From the IMG/VR virus record IMGVR_UViG_3300029319_009305, positions 43,886-107,885 of that record: 64,000 nucleotides of DNA; one strand, written 5' to 3'. This DNA is from a virus. The notes beneath the pieces are model-generated. The model worked only from the letters and a program-made list of their open reading frames with translations. It ran no database searches and was not told the origin of the DNA. Of the stretch, positions 26,899-37,231 are shown piece after piece; the stretch's first letter is position 1, and the number at the start of each line of letters is the position of its first letter. A program made the position numbers and the translations under genes.

Positions 26899-27903
26899 AT
26901 GACAAAAGCTTTGATAACAGGTATAACGGGAATGGTTGGTTCCCACCTAGCTGATTTTTTGATTGAAAATACTGATTGGGAAGTCCATGGGCTTATGCGA
27001 TGGAATGAAGATACAAAAAATATTCATCACTTATCAAAATTAATTAATGAGAAAAATAGAGTTTTTTTACATAATGGTGACTTAAATGACTTGGCTAGTT
27101 TAAATCATATAGTATCAAAAATACAGCCAGAGTATGTTTTTCATCTTGCAGCCCAAAGCTACCCAAAGACTAGTTTTGATTCTCCAATTGAAACTTTAGA
27201 AACTAATATAGTTGGAACCTGTAAACTGCTCGAGTCTTTAAGAAGCTTTAAAAAAGACGCAATTATTCACGTTTGTGCAAGTTCAGAAATATTTGGAAGA
27301 GTATCTAAAGAAAATTTACCGATAACAGAGGATGTTACTTTCCACCCGGCTTCGCCTTATGCAATATCAAAAGTTGGAACTGATTTACTAGGAAGATTCT
27401 ATGCTGAAGCTTACGGTATGTGTGTTATGACCACAAGAATGTTTACTCATACTGGGCCCAGACGTGGAGATGTTTTTGCTGAATCAACTTTTGCAAAGCA
27501 AATAGCAATGATTGAAGAGGGCTTAATTCCACCAGTAGTTAAAGTTGGTAATTTAGAATCTTTAAGAACTTGGGCCGATGTAAGAGACGCTGTTCGTGCT
27601 TATTACATGCTCGTCACAGAAAATCCAGTTCCTGGGCAGTATTATAATATTGGAGGAACTTATTCTTGCACAATTAAAAGCATGTTGGAATTTTTAATAA
27701 GCCAGTCAAAAGTTGATATCACCGTTGAAATAGAAAAGGATAGACTAAGACCCATTGATGCTGATTTGCAAGTACCTGATACAACAAAATTTGAAAATCA
27801 TACTGGGTGGAAACCTAAGATAAGTTTTGAAAAGACTATGATTGATTTATTAAATTACTGGAGATCTAGGGTCAAGAGTAATAGAGAATTTTTAGTAAGA
27901 TAA
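26899..27903 (+). CDS. GDP-sugar 4,6-dehydratase, DmhA/WcbK (GDP-heptose dehydratase)-like
   Basis: GITGMVGS, MRW, HLAAQSYP, ASPYAISKVGTD, THTGPRRGDVF as in the DmhA/WcbK subgroup. Confidence 0.8.
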   Translation: MTKALITGITGMVGSHLADFLIENTDWEVHGLMRWNEDTKNIHHLSKLINEKNRVFLHNGDLNDLASLNHIVSKIQPEYVFHLAAQSYPKTSFDSPIETLETNIVGTCKLLESLRSFKKDAIIHVCASSEIFGRVSKENLPITEDVTFHPASPYAISKVGTDLLGRFYAEAYGMCVMTTRMFTHTGPRRGDVFAESTFAKQIAMIEEGLIPPVVKVGNLESLRTWADVRDAVRAYYMLVTENPVPGQYYNIGGTYSCTIKSMLEFLISQSKVDITVEIEKDRLRPIDADLQVPDTTKFENHTGWKPKISFEKTMIDLLNYWRSRVKSNREFLVR

Positions 27904-27915
27904 TAGGAGGTAAAT

Positions 27916-29451
27916 TTGGATGTTTTATTTATAAATCCTGGCAATGCCAGCGGAATATATCAAGATCTATCTGAGGTCTATTCGGCAATTGAGACGCCTA
28001 CGTGGTCCTTACTTTTAGCCCAATCTTGTAGATCTGTCGGATATAAGGTTGGGATATTTGATGTTAACGCAGAAAGAATTAGTACAGAATTAGCAGTTGA
28101 AAGGGTAAAATCAATCAATCCTAAGCTAGTTTGTTTTGCTGTATACGGACAAAATCCTAATGCAGGTACAGTTAATATGGCTGGTACAGTTATGCTCGCT
28201 TCTGCTCTTAAAAAAGCCGGATTTGAAAACCCAATATCAGTTGTTGGTTCTCACGTACAAGCGCTTCCTTATGAAACTCTGGTTAGAGAAAAAGATGTTA
28301 TAGATATTATTTTTACAAATGAAGGTGTGTATTCTCTTTGGAATATATTGACTTTGAAAGATTTAAAAGACAAAGAAAGGCTTAAGGAAATAAAGGGTAT
28401 TGGGTTTATGTACAATGGTAAGCCCCACTTGACACCCGTTGAAAAACTAGTCCCCCAGGATAAGATGGATGATCACTTACCCGGGTATGCTTGGGATTTA
28501 CTTCCCTACAAAGAAAAGCCTTTAGACATGTATAGGGCACATTTTTGGCATGCTGAATATGATCATGAAAAAAGAACACCCTTTGCTACACTATACACGT
28601 CCCTGGGATGTCCTTTTAAGTGTAATTTCTGCATGATTAATATTTTAAATAGAAACGATCATGATCCAATTGGTGATGCGGCCAACTATTCCAAGATGAG
28701 ACATTGGAGTCCAAAGTTTATTATAACAGAGTTTGATAAGCTGGTTGGTATGGGTGTAAAAACGCTTAGAATCGCTGATGAAATGTTTTTGCTTAAAAAG
28801 AAGTATTACGTAGAATTATGTAATCTTTTAAAAGAAAGAGGTCACGGAGATATTCTTAAGATGTGGGCTTACTCTAGAGTTGATACTATTGCAAATCCCA
28901 AAAATTTAAAACTTCTGAAAGAGGCTGGAATTCATTGGTTGGGTATTGGCATTGAAAGCGCAGATAAAGATGTGAGATTAGAAGTAACAAAAGGTAAGTT
29001 TGAAAACGTCAACATTAAAGAAATAGTGAAAAGAGTTCAAGATGCAGGATTGGGAATTATAGCAAACTATCTTTTTGGTCTTACAGGGGATTCAATGGAA
29101 ACCATGCAAAAAACTTTAGATTTAAGTTTGGAGTTGAATACTATAGCGGCAAACATGTACACAGTAATGGCTTTGCCAGGAAGTAGAGTTTATAAAGATG
29201 CTGTTTTAGAGGGTAATGAGATTCCTGAAGATTATCAAGGTTATTCTTTTCATTCTTATGAAACAAAACCCCAACCAACAAGACATCTAACGTCAGAACA
29301 GATACTGCGATTTAGAGATGAAGCTTGGCATGCTTACCATACAAACCCAGCATTCTTAGAAAAGATTGAAAATTTACATGGTAAGCATATAAGAAAAAAC
29401 ATAGAAGATCAAGCAAAAATAAAACTAAAGAGAAAAATCTTAGGAGACTGA
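27916..29451 (+). CDS. cobalamin-dependent radical SAM enzyme
   Basis: N-terminal B12-binding-type region; GCPFKCNFC; ADEMF; GIES. Confidence 0.85.
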   Translation: MDVLFINPGNASGIYQDLSEVYSAIETPTWSLLLAQSCRSVGYKVGIFDVNAERISTELAVERVKSINPKLVCFAVYGQNPNAGTVNMAGTVMLASALKKAGFENPISVVGSHVQALPYETLVREKDVIDIIFTNEGVYSLWNILTLKDLKDKERLKEIKGIGFMYNGKPHLTPVEKLVPQDKMDDHLPGYAWDLLPYKEKPLDMYRAHFWHAEYDHEKRTPFATLYTSLGCPFKCNFCMINILNRNDHDPIGDAANYSKMRHWSPKFIITEFDKLVGMGVKTLRIADEMFLLKKKYYVELCNLLKERGHGDILKMWAYSRVDTIANPKNLKLLKEAGIHWLGIGIESADKDVRLEVTKGKFENVNIKEIVKRVQDAGLGIIANYLFGLTGDSMETMQKTLDLSLELNTIAANMYTVMALPGSRVYKDAVLEGNEIPEDYQGYSFHSYETKPQPTRHLTSEQILRFRDEAWHAYHTNPAFLEKIENLHGKHIRKNIEDQAKIKLKRKILGD

Positions 29452-29452
29452 G

Positions 29453-30289
29453 TTGAATAAAATTAAATTATTAGAGCAGAAAGCAGGTCAGCTTAGAAAG
29501 GATCTTTTTGAAATGTGTGTTAATGCTGGACATGGTCATTTATCATCTGGATTATCTTGCACTGATATTCTTACTTCCTTATTTTACGGGAATCATTTAG
29601 TGCATAATCCATCGAATCCTAATTGGAAAGATAGAGATAGATTTTTTTTAAGTAAAGGTCACGCGGCAATTATTCTATACGTTGTTTTAGCTGATCGAGG
29701 CTATTTTCCCAAGGAAGATCTTCAGAATTTCTCACAAAGAGATGGAAAATTCAGCATACATTTGCAAAAAGACGTCCCTGGAGCCGAAATATCGGCAGGT
29801 TCACTGGGCCATGGATTTGGTATCGCTGTAGGGTCTGCATTAGCAGCTAAACTGGATAGAAAACTTCATCTCAATTATGCCCTGCTAGGTGACGGTGAAA
29901 CTTATGAAGGATCAGTTTGGGAAGGTGCTATGTTTGCCGCACATCATAAGTTAAATAATCTTGTTGCAATAATTGATAGAAATTATCAGTGCACTCTTGA
30001 TTTTACTGAAAATTTATTAAGACTGGAGCCGCTTGAAGATAAATGGAGATCTTTTGGCTGGCGTGTTAAGAGGATTAATGGTCACTGCATGAAAGAGTTA
30101 GATAAAGCATTTTTGGACATTAGAAGAAGACCTGATGATAAACCAACTGTTATTATTGCTGACACTATCAAAGGAAAAGGTATAGAACACCTTTCACATA
30201 AGCCCTTAAGTCACGGAAGAACACCTAAATCTGACAAGGAAATAACAATGTGTAGAAGTCAATTAGAAGAAGGTTTGAAAAATGAGTAA
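29453..30289 (+). CDS. transketolase, N-terminal (TPP-binding) subunit
   Basis: GHLSS, DRFFLSKGH, GSLGHG, GDGE...EGSVWE, TIKGKG. Confidence 0.9.
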   Translation: MNKIKLLEQKAGQLRKDLFEMCVNAGHGHLSSGLSCTDILTSLFYGNHLVHNPSNPNWKDRDRFFLSKGHAAIILYVVLADRGYFPKEDLQNFSQRDGKFSIHLQKDVPGAEISAGSLGHGFGIAVGSALAAKLDRKLHLNYALLGDGETYEGSVWEGAMFAAHHKLNNLVAIIDRNYQCTLDFTENLLRLEPLEDKWRSFGWRVKRINGHCMKELDKAFLDIRRRPDDKPTVIIADTIKGKGIEHLSHKPLSHGRTPKSDKEITMCRSQLEEGLKNE

Positions 30290-31244
30290 AGAAAGAAACT
30301 TTATTGTAGCAAATCAGCACATGAGCCAGCGTGATGTTTTTTGGTCTAGAATTGGTGAAATGATGAAGGACGACAATGATATTGTAATCGTCACTGCTGA
30401 TATGGGTACACCTGCTTTTGATAATATAAGAACTAGATTTCCCAAAAGATTCATAAATGTAGGAATTGCTGAACAAAATTGCATATCAGTTGCTGCTGGT
30501 TTAGCAAGGGAAGGCAAAAAACCTTACATCTTTAATATTGCAACTTTTGCAATTTTAAGAGGATTAGAACAAATTAAAGTAGGGGTTTCTATCATGGATT
30601 TGCCTGTTACCATTGTAGGGACAGGAACAGGTTTTAGTTACGACGATGCTGGACCAACTCATCACCTTTTTGAAGATATTGCTATAGTCAGATCAATGCC
30701 ACATATTAAAATAAATAGTGTAAGTGATAACGTAATGGCAAAAAAAATAGCCGAGTCATCTCGTCACATGAAAAAGGCAAACTATGTTAGGCTGGAAAGG
30801 CATATTAACCCAAATATTTACGGAGAAGAAACTGATTTTAGTAAAGGTTACCAAATAGTGAAACCGGGTAAAAAAGTCTGTGTTATTTCTAATGGTTTTA
30901 TGCTTTGGAAGTGTTTTAAACTTAAGGAAGACTTAAAAGAAAGTGGAATAGATTTATGCGTGATTGATCTTCATAATTATCCTTGTGAAGAGGACAAGTT
31001 AACAGAAGAATTGTCACTTTTTGATTCGATCATAACAGTAGAAGAAAATTTCTTACCAGGCGGTATGGGTAGTTATGTAATGGAAATTCTTTGTGACAGA
31101 CAAATTCATAAGAAAATAAAAAGATTTGGTCTTAAACAAGAATGGATATATCGATACGGTGGAAGAGAACATAATCACGAATATCACGAAATAGACTACG
31201 TAACAATACTGAAAGAAACAAAAAACTTTCTAGGGGTAAATTAA
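30282..31244 (+). CDS. transketolase, C-terminal subunit
   Basis: ADMG, NVGIAEQ, GPTHH, YVRL, TVEE. Confidence 0.9.
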   Translation: MSKERNFIVANQHMSQRDVFWSRIGEMMKDDNDIVIVTADMGTPAFDNIRTRFPKRFINVGIAEQNCISVAAGLAREGKKPYIFNIATFAILRGLEQIKVGVSIMDLPVTIVGTGTGFSYDDAGPTHHLFEDIAIVRSMPHIKINSVSDNVMAKKIAESSRHMKKANYVRLERHINPNIYGEETDFSKGYQIVKPGKKVCVISNGFMLWKCFKLKEDLKESGIDLCVIDLHNYPCEEDKLTEELSLFDSIITVEENFLPGGMGSYVMEILCDRQIHKKIKRFGLKQEWIYRYGGREHNHEYHEIDYVTILKETKNFLGVN

Positions 31245-31771
31245 TGAGGTTTGATATAGCTGTAAAAAATTCGGAAATATTGCCAGAGATTAAATTGTTT
31301 AAACCATCAGTAGGGGGAGACTCTAGAGGTGAAATATGGACAATATGGGAAAAAGAAAATGTGTTACCTCGTCATTTAAGTTTTAACTTGTGTAAATTTA
31401 CCAAGTCGACAAAAGGTGTGCTTAGAGGTCTTCATGGATGTTATAATACTTGGAAGTATATGAGCGTTCCCCAGGGAGAAGTATTCTTTGCTGTGGTTGA
31501 CATTAGAAAAAACTCACCTAATTACTTAAAATATCAAACATACATTTTAAACGAAGAAAATCACAATGGAGTACTTGTTCCACCCGGGTTTGCAAATGGA
31601 CACCTTTGTTTAAGTGAGTCTTGTCTCTATCATTATATGATGTCATATGAGGGTGACTATATAGAACCACATGAACAAGTAGTTATAACTTGGAATGATA
31701 AAAGATTAAATATCCCATGGCCGACAGAAAACCCAACACTTTCTAAAAGAGATATGGAGAGTAACATATAA
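31244..31771 (+). CDS. rmlC: NDP-4-keto-6-deoxysugar 3,5-epimerase (RmlC family)
   Basis: DSRG, GVLRGLH, VVDIRKNSP, VPPGFANG, WND...IPWP. Confidence 0.85.
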   Translation: MRFDIAVKNSEILPEIKLFKPSVGGDSRGEIWTIWEKENVLPRHLSFNLCKFTKSTKGVLRGLHGCYNTWKYMSVPQGEVFFAVVDIRKNSPNYLKYQTYILNEENHNGVLVPPGFANGHLCLSESCLYHYMMSYEGDYIEPHEQVVITWNDKRLNIPWPTENPTLSKRDMESNI

Positions 31772-32151
31772 TGAAACATGCAGTAAGATATGAACCTAGA
31801 GTTTTTGTAGATACACTTAGCGATGGACGTGGAGGTATATTTAACTGGGTGCCAGAATTCAACATCAAAGAATTTAATTTTTTATTTTGGAATAAAGGTG
31901 CAGATAGAGGTGATCATTATCATCCACACTTTCACGAGTACATGCTCTTAACATCAGGTGAGGGAGTCTCAATATCGGGTGAAGAAGAAAACAAAAAAAC
32001 AATATATCTTTCAAAGGGACATTGCTTGTATGTTCCAAAAGGTGTTGTACATGTATTTCATGCGATAACAGATTGCACCGCTGTAAGCTTTTTAAGCGAG
32101 GAATGGGACTTATCAAATCCACCTATAATATATCAAAGGGTTGAAAAATGA
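31771..32151 (+). CDS. cupin protein (WxcM/FdtA-like sugar isomerase?)
   Basis: DGRG, RGDHYH...E, H. Confidence 0.65.
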   Translation: MKHAVRYEPRVFVDTLSDGRGGIFNWVPEFNIKEFNFLFWNKGADRGDHYHPHFHEYMLLTSGEGVSISGEEENKKTIYLSKGHCLYVPKGVVHVFHAITDCTAVSFLSEEWDLSNPPIIYQRVEK

Positions 32152-32840
32152 AAAAAATAGCAATAATTGGAGCAAGCGGATTTGTAGGTTCAGCATTGTG
32201 CAGACAAGGAAAAGATAAATTTGAAATAACAAGTGTCACAAGAAAAAATTTTTTAGAATGTAAAAATAAAAAATACGATATAGTAATCAATTCAGCTATG
32301 CCTTCTAGAAGATTTTGGGCTCTAAATAATCCAGTTTCAGACGTGATGGAATCTGTGGTTAAAACAGCAGAAATATTTTACGAATGGAAATATGATAAAT
32401 TCATTCAAATAAGTTCAATTTCTGCACAAATACAAACAGACATTCCATATGGCGCGCACAAGAAGGCCGCTGAGGCGATTGTTGAACAAAATAAAGATGC
32501 AATGATTGTACGTCTAGGAGCTCTTTATGGAGAGGGTCTAGCAAAAAGCGCTTTGTTTGATTTAGTAAATCATAATCATATCTATGTTGATATAAGAAGT
32601 GAATACAACTATATAGACGTGGATTACGCAGCAAATTGGATTTTCAATAATTTGGAAAAAAATGGAATAAGGGAGGTCGGTGCTTATGACACGGTATCAC
32701 TTTTAGAATTATCATCAGGAATTTGGGATAACCCTACATATGAAGGAAGATTTGAAAAAATACACACAGATAATGTAGAATATGGTATGCCTAGTGCAAA
32801 AAAAGTCTTAAATTATATAAACTTATTAAAAAGGGAGTGA
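32148..32840 (+). CDS. NAD-dependent epimerase/reductase (SDR)
   Basis: GASGFVG, ISS, YGAHK. Confidence 0.8.
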   Translation: MKKIAIIGASGFVGSALCRQGKDKFEITSVTRKNFLECKNKKYDIVINSAMPSRRFWALNNPVSDVMESVVKTAEIFYEWKYDKFIQISSISAQIQTDIPYGAHKKAAEAIVEQNKDAMIVRLGALYGEGLAKSALFDLVNHNHIYVDIRSEYNYIDVDYAANWIFNNLEKNGIREVGAYDTVSLLELSSGIWDNPTYEGRFEKIHTDNVEYGMPSAKKVLNYINLLKRE

Positions 32841-32842
32841 AG

Positions 32843-33250
32843 ATGGAAAGAAAGTATTTACCAACGCTATCAGAATTAATAGATAGACTTTCGATAGCGC
32901 AACTCAAGGAAGTGTTTATTACTAATCACAAAGAGGAGTATGCAAAAGAAATAGATGACATATGCCATGATATTAACATTATTCTTAGTCAAACGAAAAC
33001 TATTGATGCAAAAACTATTAGAGCCATTGTTGTGCTTTCCCAGATGAATTTGCACATTTGGCATAATGAATCAAATTATAGAAAGGGAATTAAGGAAGGC
33101 AATAATCTTGAACTAACCCATGGTTTAAATGGAATACGAAATACTGCTAAAAATAAAATACAAGAAATTATTGGAGGTAGAAAAGATTATAAGATTGATT
33201 GCTTGGCAGCAGAATTTAAAGATTGGGAAGTGAGTTGGAAAAATGAATAA
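32843..33250 (+). CDS. all-helical protein (DUF4254/DUF6165-like) of the type found in glycan loci
   Basis: LSELIDRLSI, NLHIWHNE, N..RN..KNKI pattern. Confidence 0.5.
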   Translation: MERKYLPTLSELIDRLSIAQLKEVFITNHKEEYAKEIDDICHDINIILSQTKTIDAKTIRAIVVLSQMNLHIWHNESNYRKGIKEGNNLELTHGLNGIRNTAKNKIQEIIGGRKDYKIDCLAAEFKDWEVSWKNE

Positions 33251-34058
33251 CAAAGATTTATATGAAGTAATTAAAAATCACAAAGACGAAACAAGAGAAG
33301 CTTATAGTGATGGAACAATAAAAGATTTGCAAGATTTAAATTCTTCTAAATACGAGAGAATCGAAATAAATTTTCCATGGGGTGTTAGAAGGTGTTTACA
33401 GAAAAAAAGTCAAAAAGATTACCTGCTAATTCAGAAAGCTAGAGGGGGAAGTGTAACTTTAGAAGAAGAAGTTTCAATTGAAGAAGATTTAGCGATGGCA
33501 AAAGAAAGTTTAGATAAAATAAAAGAAATAGATAGAATTAGAATAGAAGAATTAGATTTTCTTGTTGAATCAAATATTTTAAATCTACCTAAAGATGCAA
33601 TTTTTGCTGAATTAGGATTTAGAAGCGGAAAACTCTTAAAATATTATATTGAAAACTATAATATGGAAGCTTACGGTTACGATGTAATTGATTCTAATGT
33701 TGCTGTTGCAAAATGTTTGGGTTTCAATGCATTGCTATATGACTTCAATGATTGTTCAAAAGAATTAGATTTAAAAAATGCAGACTTAGTTGTCTCTTAC
33801 CACATGTTAGAACATGTCACAAATCCTTTTGATTCTGTTAAGAAAATATATGAAAGCATGAAAAATAAATCATACTTTCACGTTGAAATACCTTTAGAAC
33901 CAAATGGCCCGAATATACGTTATTGCCACATGTACCCCTTTCATCAAGGTGACATGCTACAGATGCTGCAACAGTCAGGTTTCACAGTTCTAACATATAA
34001 CAATAAAGTACAGGTAGGAGGACCTCAAGTTGAAAGATACCTTGCAATTAAAAACTAA
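33243..34058 (+). CDS. class I SAM methyltransferase
   Basis: AELGFRSG, GYD, HMLEHV, EIP. Confidence 0.75.
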   Translation: MNNKDLYEVIKNHKDETREAYSDGTIKDLQDLNSSKYERIEINFPWGVRRCLQKKSQKDYLLIQKARGGSVTLEEEVSIEEDLAMAKESLDKIKEIDRIRIEELDFLVESNILNLPKDAIFAELGFRSGKLLKYYIENYNMEAYGYDVIDSNVAVAKCLGFNALLYDFNDCSKELDLKNADLVVSYHMLEHVTNPFDSVKKIYESMKNKSYFHVEIPLEPNGPNIRYCHMYPFHQGDMLQMLQQSGFTVLTYNNKVQVGGPQVERYLAIKN

Positions 34059-34395
34059 AAAAGTAAAAACGTATGTCTTTGATATAGATGGCACTGTTTG
34101 TACGACAGTTGATGATGGTGACTACTTAAAAGCAAAACCGTATAAACATAGGATTGAACAAATCAATGGCCTCTATGAACAAGGTGCAACAATTATTTTA
34201 AATACAGCAAGAGGTATGGGTAGGTATGGGAATGCTTCTGGACAAGCTCATGCTGCTTTTTATGATTTGACAGTTAATCAACTTAAAGGTTGGGGTGTAA
34301 AGTATCACAGGCTATTCATGGGAAAACCATCGGGCGACATTTATGTTGATGATAAGGGAATAAATGATGAAGACTTCTTCAACTCAAGAAATTAA
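34030..34395 (+). CDS. HAD-family phosphatase (capsule-locus EcbF/BcbF-like)
   Basis: DIDGT, TARG, GKP, YVDDK; TTG start with SD GGAGG. Confidence 0.82.
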   Translation: MKDTLQLKTKKVKTYVFDIDGTVCTTVDDGDYLKAKPYKHRIEQINGLYEQGATIILNTARGMGRYGNASGQAHAAFYDLTVNQLKGWGVKYHRLFMGKPSGDIYVDDKGINDEDFFNSRN

Positions 34396-34732
34396 ATTTG
34401 TACCGAAAGGATGGGGTTTTGAAAAATGGATCCACAATTCTAATCTTTACTGCGGTAAATTGCTTTACTTTGTGAAGGGTAAAAAGTGTTCTTGGCATTA
34501 CCACAAATTAAAAGATGAAGTTTTTTATGTTCAGTCTGGAAAAATACTTGTTTATTACTCTGATCAAGATGATATCGACAAGGCAAATGTGACTATATTA
34601 GAACCAGGAGATAATTTTCATGTCTATACGGGACTAAGACATCGGATGGAAGCATTAGAGGATACAGAATTGTTTGAATTCTCAACACAACATTTTGATA
34701 GCGATAGTCATAGAATTGAAAAAGGTGACTAG
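34364..34732 (+). CDS. cupin (sugar-phosphate isomerase-like)
   Basis: KGWG, SWHYHKLKDEVF, HR, EFST. Confidence 0.78.
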   Translation: MMKTSSTQEIKFVPKGWGFEKWIHNSNLYCGKLLYFVKGKKCSWHYHKLKDEVFYVQSGKILVYYSDQDDIDKANVTILEPGDNFHVYTGLRHRMEALEDTELFEFSTQHFDSDSHRIEKGD

Positions 34733-34738
34733 ACTTTT

Positions 34739-34767
34739 TTGAAAATATTAATATTTTATTGTATAAT
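34739..34767 (+). promoter_or_regulatory. sigma70-like promoter TTGAAA-N17-TATAAT
   Basis: Direct reading. Confidence 0.6.
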
Positions 34768-34799
34768 AAATTTAAGTGTAAATTGAAGTAGGTGTTTTT

Positions 34800-35897
34800 A
34801 TGAAAAAGGTTAATTTCTTTTTAAATCAAATGGCTTTTTGTAAGACTTATGTACCATTGATTGATGAGTGCGTCAAAAGAGGTATAGCAGTCGATGTTTT
34901 TGTTGAACCTTCTGGTAAGTACAATTGCCCTATGCATGAAAACAATTTAAAGCAATTGGTTGGCCTATCTAAAATGTATAATTTTAACTTAAGGGATTTC
35001 AAAAATGAAGGTAAAGATGCAAAAGGTTTGATGTTTGTCTCTGGAAGGTATCTTGTCAAGGATCCTGTTAATAAAAGGTGGAATGGTGAAGAAGCTTGGA
35101 AAAATGAAGAAGTTGTATGGAAGTATCACGATTACTTAGACATGAATAATTTACATGTAGTTGTCATAACAAATTGTGTTGATTTTGAAAATACAAACTT
35201 TGGTCATGTTAGATATAAAAAAATTGTTGATAATATAATTTTTATAAGTAAAAAATACGCTGAAGAATATAAGACTTTTTCTGATAAAAATCTTTATTTT
35301 GGAAGTCCTAAATATGATTTTCATTTAACAAGATCACAAGTTGTAGAAAAGTACAAAAGCGTATTTGATCATAGCGAAAAGTACTGTCTTTTAGTCTTAC
35401 CAAAGCTTAGAGATTTGAGGGGATCATATGATCATTTATCAAAAGCAGTTTCAAATATGAGAAAGTTAGGTTATAAGATTATTGGTAAGTCTAGAGCAAA
35501 AGATTCTTATCGGGGTCTTCCTGCTTTACCTAGTCTTTGTGATGTGTATTTTGAAGACGTTACATGGTTTACACACCCAACTATGGACTTTATAGTCCTT
35601 AGCGACATTGTTATTAATTGTAATTCAACGGCGATTGAAGAGGCTGTCATGCTTAAAACGCCTGTTATAAATTTTGTAGTTAAACAAGGAAATACATATT
35701 TAAATTTTCTATATGACAATGCTTATTGCAAACAATATGATATCAAAGATGATTTTAGTGATGAAAGTTTTGTTGAAAGCTTTAAATATTTAACTTCTAA
35801 AGATTTATCAATTGAGTTTGATAGAGTCATTGAAAAAATGATGTTTAAAGGAAACTCAAGTAAAAAAATATTAGATTACTTCAAAGATAAAATTTAA
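34800..35897 (+). CDS. GT-B fold transferase (glycerophosphotransferase / sialyltransferase-like)
   Basis: GSPKYD, SDIVINCNSTAIEEAVMLKTPVI. Confidence 0.6.
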   Translation: MKKVNFFLNQMAFCKTYVPLIDECVKRGIAVDVFVEPSGKYNCPMHENNLKQLVGLSKMYNFNLRDFKNEGKDAKGLMFVSGRYLVKDPVNKRWNGEEAWKNEEVVWKYHDYLDMNNLHVVVITNCVDFENTNFGHVRYKKIVDNIIFISKKYAEEYKTFSDKNLYFGSPKYDFHLTRSQVVEKYKSVFDHSEKYCLLVLPKLRDLRGSYDHLSKAVSNMRKLGYKIIGKSRAKDSYRGLPALPSLCDVYFEDVTWFTHPTMDFIVLSDIVINCNSTAIEEAVMLKTPVINFVVKQGNTYLNFLYDNAYCKQYDIKDDFSDESFVESFKYLTSKDLSIEFDRVIEKMMFKGNSSKKILDYFKDKI

Positions 35898-35918
35898 ACC
35901 CTGTAAGGAAATAATAAA

Positions 35919-37229
35919 ATGACCGCTGATAGAAAAGGGGAAGAAATTTATAGTTTGTGCAAACAATTGTTCCCGATTTGCAGGAGTTTGTCAGGTGATG
36001 GAAACAGAAAAAGTTTAAAGATAATTCAAGATCACATACCTATAAAATTGTGTGAAATTAATTCAGGTGAAAAAATATTTGACTGGATAGTACCACCCGA
36101 ATGGAACATTGACGATGGTTATGTTTTGGATCAAGAAGGTAATAAAATCATAGACTTTAAAAAAAATAACTTGCACGTTATGGGATATTCTAAGCCTGTT
36201 GATAAGTTTGTGGATAGAGAGACACTTGAGAAACATTTATATTCAATACCCGATAAAACTGAAGCAATTCCCTATGTAACATCATATTACAAGAAAAGAT
36301 GGGGATTCTGCATATCTCAAAATAAACGTGATAAAATTAAAGGAGATAAGTTCAGGGTGGTAATTAATAGCAAATTTAAAGAAGAGGGTTCTTTGAGTTA
36401 CGCTGAACTTTTGATTCCAGGAAAATCACAAAGAGAAGTATTTTTGTCTTCTTACATATGTCATCCCTCTATGGCAAATAACGAGTGTTCAGGACCTGCT
36501 GTGTTGACATATATTGCAAAATATATTTTAGGTCTGAAAAATAGAAAGTATTCCTATAGAATAGTTTTAGCTCCCGAATCGATAGGGCCTATTATTTATT
36601 TGAGTAAAAATATTGACATGCTTAAAAAAAATACAATTGCAGCTTTTAATTTTACATGTTTAGGAGATAATCTAACTTATTCTTTTTTACCTTCAAGAAA
36701 AGGTAATACGTTAACTGATAGAGTTGCATTAAATGTTTTAAATAGTGAAGTTGCAAACTATGATTTTTATCCTTTTACCGAAAAAGGATCAGACGAAAGA
36801 CAATATTGTCATCCAGCTGTTGACTTACCCATGGTTTCAATAATGAGATCTAAATACGGGACTTATCCTGAATATCATACTTCATTAGACAATTTAGATT
36901 TTATATCTCCTGAAGGATTGCAGGGAAGTTATAATTTGTTTAAAAAGTGCATTAATGTAATTGAGCACAATAATTTTTACAAATATGCTTTTCCTTGTGA
37001 ACCCATGCTTATGAAGAGAAATCTTGTTCCTAAAAACTGGCATAAAAGAAGGGCAGGAAAAGAAAATAAAAAGTCCATGAATTTTTTAAAAAATATGATG
37101 AATATTATATGTTACTGTGACGGAGAACATGATTTAATTGATATATCTAATATTTTAAAAGTAGATTTTGAGACTTGTGATGAAATAATAAAGATTTTAT
37201 TAAAAGAAAAAATAATACTGAGGGTTTAA
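35919..37229 (+). CDS. DUF4910 (M28 peptidase-fold, polysaccharide-locus) protein
   Basis: RSLSGDG, FDWIVPPEW, PYVTSYY, CHPSMANNE, GSDERQY, YPEYHTS. Confidence 0.85.
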   Translation: MTADRKGEEIYSLCKQLFPICRSLSGDGNRKSLKIIQDHIPIKLCEINSGEKIFDWIVPPEWNIDDGYVLDQEGNKIIDFKKNNLHVMGYSKPVDKFVDRETLEKHLYSIPDKTEAIPYVTSYYKKRWGFCISQNKRDKIKGDKFRVVINSKFKEEGSLSYAELLIPGKSQREVFLSSYICHPSMANNECSGPAVLTYIAKYILGLKNRKYSYRIVLAPESIGPIIYLSKNIDMLKKNTIAAFNFTCLGDNLTYSFLPSRKGNTLTDRVALNVLNSEVANYDFYPFTEKGSDERQYCHPAVDLPMVSIMRSKYGTYPEYHTSLDNLDFISPEGLQGSYNLFKKCINVIEHNNFYKYAFPCEPMLMKRNLVPKNWHKRRAGKENKKSMNFLKNMMNIICYCDGEHDLIDISNILKVDFETCDEIIKILLKEKIILRV

Positions 37230-37231
37230 TT

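Noticed and set aside
29453-31244. Pentose-phosphate transketolase AMG
   Set aside because: The split form embedded among NDP-sugar enzymes points to sugar tailoring
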